Source: a virus. Taken from it: a stretch of DNA of 47,918 nt. The notes beneath the pieces were generated by a model that saw only the letters and a program-made list of their open reading frames with translations, had not been told where the DNA came from and ran no database searches. Shown one piece after another: positions 8,465 to 15,302 of this stretch. The stretch is taken from the IMG/VR virus record IMGVR_UViG_3300045988_031971, positions 1-47,918 of that record. The stretch is one strand, 5' to 3'. Position 1 is the stretch's first letter, and every line of letters begins with the position of its first letter. Position numbers and translations under genes: made by a program.

Positions 8465-8521
8465 ATGCTAGAATTAGAGCAAAGGACCCTTCTGGGCGAC
8501 CACGAGGCGGCGAAGCTATGA
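8465..8521 (+). pseudogene. 18-codon remnant homologous to the 5' end of the Lar-like gene
   Basis: MLELEQRTLLGDHEAAKL compared with Lar MDDIKLALLGNHEASKRL. 26/30 nt are identical between 8487-8516 and 9102-9131. Confidence 0.4.
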
Positions 8522-9090
8522 GAGTGCTGGTGGCTTGTGAAGAGTCTCAGGAAGTGTGCAAAGCATTCAGGGCGCTGGGCCACGAGGCGTACAGCTGTGA
8601 TATTGAGCCGTGCAGCGGCGGGCATCCTGAGTGGCATTTGAGATGCGATGCGCTGGAGCTGCTGAAAATGCGGTGGGATATGATTCTGGCATTCCCACCG
8701 TGTACTCACCTGGCTGTGAGCGGCGCCAGGTATTTTGCGGAGAAGCGTGCAGACGGAAGGCAGCAGAGAGCCATAGACTTCTTTATGCGGTTTGCCAATG
8801 CAGATTGCCTCCGTATTGCCATTGAAAACCCGGTTGGAATCATGTCAACTCAATGGCGAAAACCGGACCAGATTATTCAGCCCTGGCAATTTGGGCATGG
8901 CGAGACGAAATCAACATGTCTATGGTTGAAAGGCTTGCCCACCTTAAAGCCAACAAATGTTGTTAATGGGCGGGAACAACGTGTATGGAAAATGCCACCC
9001 AGTGCAGATCGGGCAAAACTGAGAAGCCGAACTTATCATGGCGTGGCAGAGGCAATGGCCCAACAATGGGGAGGAATTTGTAATGGATGA
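8518..9090 (+). CDS. Short-form DNA C5-cytosine methyltransferase-like protein
   Basis: AFPPCTHLAVSG (PC motif IV-like) and IAIENPVG (ENV motif VI-like). There is no obvious target-recognition domain. Confidence 0.5.
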   Translation: MRVLVACEESQEVCKAFRALGHEAYSCDIEPCSGGHPEWHLRCDALELLKMRWDMILAFPPCTHLAVSGARYFAEKRADGRQQRAIDFFMRFANADCLRIAIENPVGIMSTQWRKPDQIIQPWQFGHGETKSTCLWLKGLPTLKPTNVVNGREQRVWKMPPSADRAKLRSRTYHGVAEAMAQQWGGICNG

Positions 9091-9394
9091 CATCAAATTA
9101 GCCCTTCTGGGCAATCACGAAGCGTCGAAGCGCCTGACGGATGCGGGGGTGCTGCTGCCGTGTATGTGTGGCGGAAAAGCCGGAATTGTTTGTTTTGAAA
9201 AGCGCGGAGTCCCGTCTGGAGATATGGGATATTTGGCATCAATTAAATGCCGGGATTGCTGGATGGAACTGAGACGGTGGGCGTTGAAAAAGAAGTGGGC
9301 AAAGGATTCAGCCCTCATCGCCTGGAACACCCGCGCGCCGATCCTGAGCGCGGAGGAGATGGAGATGCTGGAGGGAATGAAAAGTGGCGATTAA
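9083..9394 (+). CDS. Lar-family restriction-alleviation-like protein
   Basis: LLPCMCGG...IKCRDC...ALIAWNTRAP (Cys pairs plus the AWNxR signature). Confidence 0.6.
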   Translation: MDDIKLALLGNHEASKRLTDAGVLLPCMCGGKAGIVCFEKRGVPSGDMGYLASIKCRDCWMELRRWALKKKWAKDSALIAWNTRAPILSAEEMEMLEGMKSGD

Positions 9395-9815
9395 GAATTA
9401 TACGACCACCATTGATGTCTATAAAAGCCTGGGGGAAATCCAAGGGGCACTTGCCAGCCATGGGGCACGGAAGATCATGGTAGACTATGACGCGGCGGGG
9501 CATCCCATTGGTGTTATGTTTGGCATTGAGACACAGGACGGGCCACGCGGGTTCGCACTCCCGGCCAATGTGGAGGGCGTTCGAGCGGTATTCGCCCGAC
9601 AGAAAGTGAAAGCAACTCCGGGGCAGGCCGAGCGCACAGCCTGGCGCAACGTGCGGGACTGGATTATGGCACAGATGGCGATTATCGAGGCCGGACAAGT
9701 CCAGCTCGACGAGGTGTTTTTGCCTTATTTGACAGACGGGAAGGGCCGGACGCTGTACCAGCTCTATCAAGGCGGATACTTGGCGCTTGGGGATGGAAAG
9801 GAGGCCCAGCCATGA
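9384..9815 (+). CDS. Hypothetical phage protein
   Basis: Well-packed ORF with overlapping start/stop. No recognisable motif. Confidence 0.6.
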   Translation: MAIKNYTTTIDVYKSLGEIQGALASHGARKIMVDYDAAGHPIGVMFGIETQDGPRGFALPANVEGVRAVFARQKVKATPGQAERTAWRNVRDWIMAQMAIIEAGQVQLDEVFLPYLTDGKGRTLYQLYQGGYLALGDGKEAQP

Positions 9816-10072
9816 CGCGGGAAGAAGCGGTTGAGATTCTGATGACAGCAAGGGAGATGTATCCTGGAAAATCGGTAATCAGGGACGCATTTACGCTGGC
9901 CCTCTCTGCCCTCCGCCCCGTCAGCCGGGAGCAGTTATCTGAGTTTAAGACTTGCGATCTGGTAGACGAACTAAGAAAGCGTGAGGGCGTAGAAACACAC
10001 ATCGCAGAGCCGTACCAAGATGTGACAGTCTCAGTAAACGGCCCTGCGGTGGTGCTGGTAGTTATAGATTAG
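9812..10072 (+). CDS. Hypothetical protein
   Basis: ATGA overlap with the upstream gene. Confidence 0.55.
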   Translation: MTREEAVEILMTAREMYPGKSVIRDAFTLALSALRPVSREQLSEFKTCDLVDELRKREGVETHIAEPYQDVTVSVNGPAVVLVVID

Positions 10073-10272
10073 ACCCTGGAATATCCATACCTACCCTTGA
10101 TAAATGAGTGGAAGTATTTTCCGTGGGACCCTGCGGACATGAGCCCAGCATATACAGACTGCGGGACACCGAAATAGGCGTAGGTGCCACCCTTATGAAA
10201 TGAGATGTAGAGAGTCCCATTTTCATATCCGATACTGGCTATGTCCGTTGAGGAAACTGGATGCATGACCAT
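10069..10272 (-). CDS. KTSC domain protein
   Basis: IASIGYENGTLYISFHKGGTYAYFGVPQSVYAGLMSAGSHGKYFHSFIKGRY matches the KTSC consensus. RBS GAGGTGA. It is the only minus-strand gene within the early plus-strand block. Confidence 0.75.
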   Translation of the reverse strand: MVMHPVSSTDIASIGYENGTLYISFHKGGTYAYFGVPQSVYAGLMSAGSHGKYFHSFIKGRYGYSRV

Positions 10273-10334
10273 GAAATCACCTCACTTTCCGCGCAGTTAA
10301 ATAATACTACACAGAATGGAGGATTTGTAGATAT

Positions 10335-10556
10335 ATGGGGAAAATCAGCCGGGAGCAGGTGGAGAAGATGTGGAGGGGAGAATGGAAACGGGATAAATGG
10401 CCCAGCGGAACACACCGAATTATTTGTAACAGATGTGGAGAATGAAACGGGAAAACTACAAACTTTTGCTCTCATTGCGGCGCTCCCATGACGGACGAGG
10501 CCGTGGAGATGGTGATGGAGAGATTGGAGGCGTTGAAAGATGGACCGGAACAATAA
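10335..10556 (+). pseudogene. Zinc-ribbon ORF interrupted by an in-frame TGA at 10443-10445
   Basis: MGKISREQVEKMWRGEWKRDKWPSGTHRIICNRCGE-TGA-NGKTTNFCSHCGAPMTDEAVEMVMERLEALKDGPEQ. The CxxC...CxxC ribbon spans the stop codon. Confidence 0.5.
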
Positions 10557-10815
10557 AACTATTCAGTTAGCAAAGAAAGCTGCTGATGCATGGAGGAGCA
10601 CTGACACATATCATCAAGCGGCTCAAATCATTGATATGCTGATCTCTGCATTGGAGGGAGATCCCACCCTCACACCGCCGAACGAGCCGCTGACGTGCGT
10701 GGGGTGTATATATGAGCCTGATTGCCCATCTGAAATTCATTGTCATGGGTGTGCAAGGATATTTGTAGATCATTACCGCCGCCCGCCGGAGGGAGAGGAG
10801 CATTGCTATGGCTGA
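10540..10815 (+). CDS. Hypothetical Cys-rich protein
   Basis: CVGCIYEPDCPSEIHCHGC. Tightly packed with its neighbours. Confidence 0.55.
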   Translation: MDRNNKTIQLAKKAADAWRSTDTYHQAAQIIDMLISALEGDPTLTPPNEPLTCVGCIYEPDCPSEIHCHGCARIFVDHYRRPPEGEEHCYG

Positions 10816-11038
10816 CCTGATATGCTCTATGATCTGCAAACACCGCTCTAAGCGCCCTCTGCGGAAGTGGCGGAACAAGGATGGAAGCCCGTGCTTTGGG
10901 TGCAGTCTGAAATATGTGAAGATCTCCCGGGTGTTTGACATGGATGGAGATATTTGTGCCGTTGCCGGGGAGGGGAACATGGCTCATTGCGCGTTTTATG
11001 AGCCGCTGGATGAGCCGGAGGGAGAGGAGGACACCTGA
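10808..11038 (+). CDS. Hypothetical Cys-rich protein
   Basis: Overlapping start and stop codons; several Cys residues. Confidence 0.5.
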   Translation: MADLICSMICKHRSKRPLRKWRNKDGSPCFGCSLKYVKISRVFDMDGDICAVAGEGNMAHCAFYEPLDEPEGEEDT

Positions 11039-11274
11039 TGGACATTTCTGGCACTGGAATAAAACATATCACCATGTTTGACCGGCAGTACACGCCGGAA
11101 AAGCAGGCGGAGGGACTGGCAATCTCTCAGGCCATCGTGTTTGGGCATTGTGACAAGTGCGCCTTTTTGCCACAATGCTCGACACAGGGGGCTGAATTCA
11201 CGTTCCCTGCCGTCGCATGGTGTATGCATCGCAAGGCAGAAATCCTTGCGGATATGCAAAAGGAGGACACCTGA
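11038..11274 (+). CDS. Hypothetical protein flanked by identical 22-bp junction repeats
   Basis: ATGA-type overlaps. The repeat AGGAGGACACCTGATGGACATT lies at both ends. Confidence 0.5.
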   Translation: MDISGTGIKHITMFDRQYTPEKQAEGLAISQAIVFGHCDKCAFLPQCSTQGAEFTFPAVAWCMHRKAEILADMQKEDT

Positions 11275-11630
11275 TGGACATTGAGAAGCTGATTGAGCAG
11301 TTAAAGAGCGCCGCAGGAGGACCAGAAGGCATTAAGATGTGCCACGCCGCCGCCACCGCCCTCTCCACGCTCCAGGCCGAAAACGAGAGGCTGAAATCCC
11401 TGCTTGGTGAAAGCGGGCAAGACCTATGGAGCAAGGAAAACCAACGCGCGGACCGCTTAGAGGCCGAAAACGAGAAGTTGCGGGCCGAGCTGGAGCAGGC
11501 TCGTGAATCACTGGATTTTGCGCGCACAAAAGATGCTGAAATTGTACGCCTTGGAATGGAGCTGGAGCAGGTGAAGCGGGAGAATGAAATCCTAAAACAT
11601 GCATTACAAAATTGGCACGAGGAGGACTGA
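11274..11630 (+). CDS. Coiled-coil protein
   Basis: Start MDIEKLIEQLK. Heptad-rich LQAENERLKSLL...EAENEKLRAELEQ. Confidence 0.55.
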   Translation: MDIEKLIEQLKSAAGGPEGIKMCHAAATALSTLQAENERLKSLLGESGQDLWSKENQRADRLEAENEKLRAELEQARESLDFARTKDAEIVRLGMELEQVKRENEILKHALQNWHEED

Positions 11631-11631
11631 C

Positions 11632-12204
11632 ATGGAACGGTTGAGTGACTTTGCTGCTGATATTGTCAATGATCTGTATGAAAATTCTGATTGGTACGGC
11701 GACCGCTCTTTGATAGAAGCTGCCATTAACCGCCTCGCAGCCTACAAGGACACGGGGCTGGAGCCGGAGGAAGTCAATGTTATCGCTGGCCTTGCGTCTG
11801 AGAACTGCGCAAAGGTAGCGGACAAGATAGACCAGCTTCTTTCCGATGACAAAGAGCTGGAGCAATATCGCGCTCTCGGCCCCATTGACCGCCTCCGCGA
11901 ACTTAAACAGGCCGACGATGAGGGACGGTGCGTGGTGTGTCCGTGCAAGGTTGGAGACAAACTGTACGAAGTGGAAAGGTACAGAAACTCCGGGAAAGTG
12001 GAAATCGTAGAACGTATAGTACAATCCATAGAATTTTTTGCGGACGGGTACTATGTAAAAATGTACCGTTGGAGACCTTGCAAAGAAACGAATGGAGTAT
12101 TAAGTCAAAAAGTGGATAGCTGGGTAAAAATAGAGGATTTCGGGAGAACCGTCTTTTTTGCCCGCAAGGATGCCGAGGCCGCACTACGGAGGGAGCTAGA
12201 ATGA
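11632..12204 (+). CDS. Hypothetical protein
   Basis: ATG after GGAGGACTGAC. No recognisable motif. Confidence 0.55.
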   Translation: MERLSDFAADIVNDLYENSDWYGDRSLIEAAINRLAAYKDTGLEPEEVNVIAGLASENCAKVADKIDQLLSDDKELEQYRALGPIDRLRELKQADDEGRCVVCPCKVGDKLYEVERYRNSGKVEIVERIVQSIEFFADGYYVKMYRWRPCKETNGVLSQKVDSWVKIEDFGRTVFFARKDAEAALRRELE

Positions 12205-12341
12205 GTACATTTGGAGATTGTCCAAAACAATCAATTTATGAAGATATTTGTTACCACCAGAGTCAAAATAATATCTCCAAGGTAGAACTTATGACAATGT
12301 TGGCTGAAATTATTGCCTATATAGGGGAGAATTTTGAATGA
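12201..12341 (+). CDS. Hypothetical small protein (46 aa)
   Basis: ATGA overlaps on both sides. Confidence 0.4.
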   Translation: MSTFGDCPKQSIYEDICYHQSQNNISKVELMTMLAEIIAYIGENFE

Positions 12342-12631
12342 AGGAGTACATCGAGAGGGCAGCCGTTCTGAAAGTCCTGGAGGAATATTACCCTGGAGTA
12401 GATGAGCGACTACATATTGTCAAGGATATTACGTCTATCCCCACCGCCGCCGTTGCGGAGGTGCGGCACGGAAAGATTATAGAGACTATCAAAGATGGCA
12501 AAATGAATCGAGTGTTCTCATGCTATGGACATGATTTTACGGAATTAACATGCTGGTATATGCCAAAATACTGCCCCAACTGCGGCGCTCGCATGGACAA
12601 GGAGGACGAGCATGGAAGCGAATTTGATTGA
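12338..12631 (+). CDS. Hypothetical protein with a C-terminal zinc-ribbon-like CPNCGARM
   Basis: ORF packing plus the Cys motif. Confidence 0.5.
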   Translation: MKEYIERAAVLKVLEEYYPGVDERLHIVKDITSIPTAAVAEVRHGKIIETIKDGKMNRVFSCYGHDFTELTCWYMPKYCPNCGARMDKEDEHGSEFD

Positions 12632-12905
12632 CCGCGATGTTGCAGAGGATTATTTTGGGTGCTCAGATTGGGAAATCTTAGCAAAAGAAACTCTTAGAGA
12701 AGTGCCACTCGTCGACGCCGTGCCTGTGGTCAGGTGCAGGGAGTGCAAGCATTATCATTCCGATACAGGCTGGTGCGATCAACTATCATATTTTCAGACC
12801 TCGGACGGGGAACCTTGTTCTCCGGCTGAGAGTATGGACTGGAAGATGTTCCAGGAAAACGACTATTGTTCTATGGGCCAGCGGAAGGAGTCCGAGCATG
12901 ACTAA
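12612..12905 (+). CDS. Hypothetical Cys-containing protein
   Basis: VRCRECKHYH...WCD. Confidence 0.5.
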   Translation: MEANLIDRDVAEDYFGCSDWEILAKETLREVPLVDAVPVVRCRECKHYHSDTGWCDQLSYFQTSDGEPCSPAESMDWKMFQENDYCSMGQRKESEHD

Positions 12906-13152
12906 GTGCTGCGCCACCTGCCAATGGTGGGACGGAGATCGCTTTTGTGATTGCCCTGACAACGGGGTGTTTTTAACACATGGAAATGACACCTGTGCCA
13001 ACTGGAAAGCTGAGGAATGCGCCACCTGCGCCTGGTACGAGGACTTCCAGGGTGTGTGCTGTAACGGGGATTCCCCGCACCGCGCCGACTTCACGGAGCC
13101 GGATCAGCGGTGCAGGGAGTGGGAAAGGAAGGAGGACGGCCATGAGCAGTGA
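12898..13152 (+). CDS. Hypothetical Cys-rich protein (13 Cys in 84 aa)
   Basis: MTKCCATCQWWDGDRFCDCPD...CATCAWYEDFQGVCCNG. Confidence 0.5.
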   Translation: MTKCCATCQWWDGDRFCDCPDNGVFLTHGNDTCANWKAEECATCAWYEDFQGVCCNGDSPHRADFTEPDQRCREWERKEDGHEQ

Positions 13153-13552
13153 ACTGTGGCTTGGCTATGTGGTGGAGGATGATATGTTGGAGCCAACAAA
13201 ACATAAGGAGAAGGCCAACATGGATAAGCCGACGAACAACGATCAGCAGGCCAAAGCAGACGCAGGAAAGCCTCGCCCTACGCTCACTCCCGTCAGCCTG
13301 ATTGATGCTGTGACAGCGGTCCGCATGTACGGAAACGAAAAGTACCATGATTCTGAGAATTGGCGGAAAGTGGAGCCGCAACGTTACCGTGACGCTCTCT
13401 ACCGACACTGGCTGGCCTATCTCAAGGGTGAAAAGTGCGATCAGGAAAGCGGCCTGCCTCACCTGTGGCATTTGGCTACAAACGCGGCGTTTTTGATTGA
13501 GATGGAGAGCTCCATCCACGACGGGGAGGGCGGACAGCGTGAGGAGGGATAG
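13142..13552 (+). CDS. dATP/dGTP diphosphohydrolase N-terminal-like (DUF5664-type) protein
   Basis: KPRPTLTPVSLIDAVTAVRMYGNEKY...NWRKV...YRDALYRHWLAYLKGEKCDQESGLPHLWHLATNAAFL matches that family's pattern. Confidence 0.55.
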   Translation: MSSELWLGYVVEDDMLEPTKHKEKANMDKPTNNDQQAKADAGKPRPTLTPVSLIDAVTAVRMYGNEKYHDSENWRKVEPQRYRDALYRHWLAYLKGEKCDQESGLPHLWHLATNAAFLIEMESSIHDGEGGQREEG

Positions 13553-13555
13553 CCT

Positions 13556-13918
13556 TTGACCAGCCAAGGAATAGAAACATTTCTCTCCTATCTACGAGAA
13601 ACCGAGCAACGATACCATATGTCCGAAGTGAACGAGCAGGAAGCAAATAATGAGACTCAGGATATCCTACATAGCTTGGAGCTTCAGGATCATGACTATC
13701 ACGACTTTGCTCGTCTATCGAAGGAGCTGAGAGGAGTTCGCCAGAAAAGACGGGCTGCAAAAGACACTATGAGTGAGACGGCCCCGGTGCTTGATTGGAT
13801 AGACCAAAACCGCCCAACAATCAAAAGCCTTGAACGACTCCTGGGTGATGTGCGGAAAGCTGAGAAGAGTACTGCCAATCGAATCTATACCCCCAGGACG
13901 AGGAGGGATAGCCCTTGA
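13556..13918 (+). CDS. Hypothetical protein (TTG start) flanked by 19-bp junction repeats
   Basis: GAGGAGGGATAGCCYTTGA lies at both gene boundaries. Confidence 0.45.
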   Translation: MTSQGIETFLSYLRETEQRYHMSEVNEQEANNETQDILHSLELQDHDYHDFARLSKELRGVRQKRRAAKDTMSETAPVLDWIDQNRPTIKSLERLLGDVRKAEKSTANRIYTPRTRRDSP

Positions 13919-14142
13919 ACGAGTTCAAGGATAGGCTGCGAAAACTGAGAGAAAAAGAGCGGCCCGTTATCAGCATGAGAGTAAAATCTGAACTTATAGG
14001 ACTTGGAAGTGATTCATTGCGCAGATACGAGCGAGGCGAAAGGGAGCCTAAGCTGACTGAACTGAAAAAGATAGCAAATCACTATCATGTTAGCCTGGAT
14101 TATCTCTGTTGGGACGAAGGAGAGCAAGAACCAAAACTTTAA
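13915..14142 (+). CDS. XRE-family HTH regulator
   Basis: LRKLREKERPVISMRVKSELIGLGSDSLRRYERGEREPKLTELKKIANHYHVSLDYL. Confidence 0.7.
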   Translation: MNEFKDRLRKLREKERPVISMRVKSELIGLGSDSLRRYERGEREPKLTELKKIANHYHVSLDYLCWDEGEQEPKL

Positions 14143-14166
14143 GCATATCGCAATAATATTTTATAA

Positions 14167-14186
14167 GCGCCTCCGTTTGGAGGCGT
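14167..14186. terminator. GC hairpin GCGCCTCC-GTTT-GGAGGCGT
   Basis: 8-bp stem just after the XRE gene. It lacks a clear U-tract. Confidence 0.35.
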
Positions 14187-14210
14187 CATACACAAAATAC
14201 ATGCGACAAT

Positions 14211-14250
14211 GGGAGCATGGGGGCATACCCTGTGCTCCCTATCTCTTTCT
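14211..14250 (+). terminator. Hairpin GGGAGCA...TGCTCCC followed by a pyrimidine-rich tail
   Basis: 7-bp stem followed by TATCTCTTTCTCCTTCTTCC. Confidence 0.3.
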
Positions 14251-14280
14251 CCTTCTTCCTGCACCCGTCGGGAAGTGCAA

Positions 14281-14306
14281 ATAAAAACCGCCCCACTAGG
14301 GGGCGG
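14281..14306 (-). terminator. Rho-independent terminator of the minus-strand two-gene module
   Basis: CCGCCCC-ACTA-GGGGCGG stem followed on the minus strand by TTTTTATTT. The gene's stop codon lies in the loop. Confidence 0.7.
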
Positions 14307-14502
14307 AATCTCCAAATCGTTCAACTGGAATATTTAATGCATTGGCCAGTCTGATGGCTGTTTTAACCTCGATCTGACCGAGGTCGATCTCTCCGGACTC
14401 ATATTTCGCAATAGACCGTCGGCTGGTTCCGGCCATATCTCCAAGAGCCTGCTGGGTCAGACCGGCGGATTTTCTGATGGATTTAAATTCCTGCCCTGTC
14501 AT
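14296..14502 (-). CDS. XRE-family HTH protein
   Basis: Start MTGQEF after AAGGAG. KSAGLTQQALGDMAGTSRRSIAKYESGE. Confidence 0.7.
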   Translation of the reverse strand: MTGQEFKSIRKSAGLTQQALGDMAGTSRRSIAKYESGEIDLGQIEVKTAIRLANALNIPVERFGDSAP

Positions 14503-14504
14503 AT

Positions 14505-14693
14505 TTACTCCTTCCAAGGGAGCTCACGCCCGTTTTTATAGCACCAGCCCTTGTTCTCGTCGTATTTGATATAGCTGTAATCATTGAGAGAATGAGCCAG
14601 TTCTGCTCGATAGGTTTGTTCATCGCTAAAATAAACGCAGCCATCCTCGTCCTGCTCAATCCAGTATCCGTTTCCATCATAAATTGTCTTCAT
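14505..14693 (-). CDS. Small acidic hypothetical protein (62 aa), co-transcribed with the XRE gene
   Basis: RBS AAGGAGG. No recognisable motif. Confidence 0.55.
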   Translation of the reverse strand: MKTIYDGNGYWIEQDEDGCVYFSDEQTYRAELAHSLNDYSYIKYDENKGWCYKNGRELPWKE

Positions 14694-14731
14694 ATCATTT
14701 ACCTCCTTGGATTTTCCATCTTGATAGTATT

Positions 14732-14760
14732 ATTATATGCCTTTTAATTCGCATTTTCAA
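14732..14760 (-). promoter_or_regulatory. Promoter of the minus-strand two-gene module
   Basis: On the minus strand: TTGAAA, a 17-nt spacer, then TATAAT. Confidence 0.65.
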
Positions 14761-14776
14761 TTGACGAAACAAACAA

Positions 14777-14802
14777 AAATGTGACTTTTGATTCTCACAT
14801 TT
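14777..14802. promoter_or_regulatory. Inverted repeat AAATGTGA-N10-TCACATTT upstream of that promoter
   Basis: Perfect 8-bp arms. Confidence 0.5.
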
Positions 14803-14810
14803 GCACAATA

Positions 14811-15033
14811 TGCCTCTCCTCGCCGCATGAGGCGGGCGGTGGCACCATTGAGCGGTGGCGGAATAAGGTAGACGCTGACTGGTAGGGGGACACACTCGGT
14901 GGAAGTCCGGGGGGCCTGGTGGTTAGGTAAACACGCCCTATGGAACCACGCTGTGAGGTGCAAATCCTCACCCGCTCAAACAGGCCCGCGGCAAGCCTGA
15001 CCAAACCCGCAGCATACCCCGAAAGGGGTATAT
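14811..15033 (+). other. GC-rich non-coding block with several stable hairpins upstream of the packaging genes
   Basis: No credible ORF. Hairpins at 14819-14836, 14953-14971 (GTGAGG/CCTCAC), 14981-14999 and 15014-15031 (ATACCCC-GAAA-GGGGTAT). Confidence 0.4.
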
Positions 15034-15078
15034 ATGCCGCACCGCAGTCGCAGGAGACGGGGGCGGGGAGAACAACAG

Positions 15079-15288
15079 ATGAAAGACAGAATAAAACGCC
15101 ATAGAGTAGGAGAAGTATCCAGCAAGTATGGATATAACCCAGAGCAGTTCAACAAGGACCTGGAAGTGCGCAAGGCCCGATCGGATGCGCTGTGGGCAGA
15201 CTTCCTGGAGTGGATGAAATTACACAGGATCACGCCGGATGAAGCAAGGCTGCTGCTTGTTCGACTGTATGAGGAGTATTTGGAGTAG
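15079..15288 (+). CDS. Hypothetical protein upstream of TerS (alternative start at 15034)
   Basis: ATG after GGGGAG. The Arg-rich 15-aa extension from 15034 is less likely. Confidence 0.5.
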   Translation: MKDRIKRHRVGEVSSKYGYNPEQFNKDLEVRKARSDALWADFLEWMKLHRITPDEARLLLVRLYEEYLE

Positions 15289-15302
15289 GTGGTGAGCCCA
15301 TT

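Noticed and set aside
10443-10445. TGA reassigned as a sense codon across the genome (code 4 or 25).
   Set aside because: Many well-defined genes here terminate at TGA, often in ATGA overlaps with the next gene (for example 1248, 4470, 16966, 36683). TGA is therefore a normal stop.
14880-14975. The GGTGGAAGTCCGGGG and CCACGCTGTGA strings resemble RNase P CR-I or cobalamin-riboswitch core elements.
   Set aside because: Only short partial matches. The block is far too short for RNase P RNA, and no convincing B12 box was seen. It is left as an unclassified structured region.
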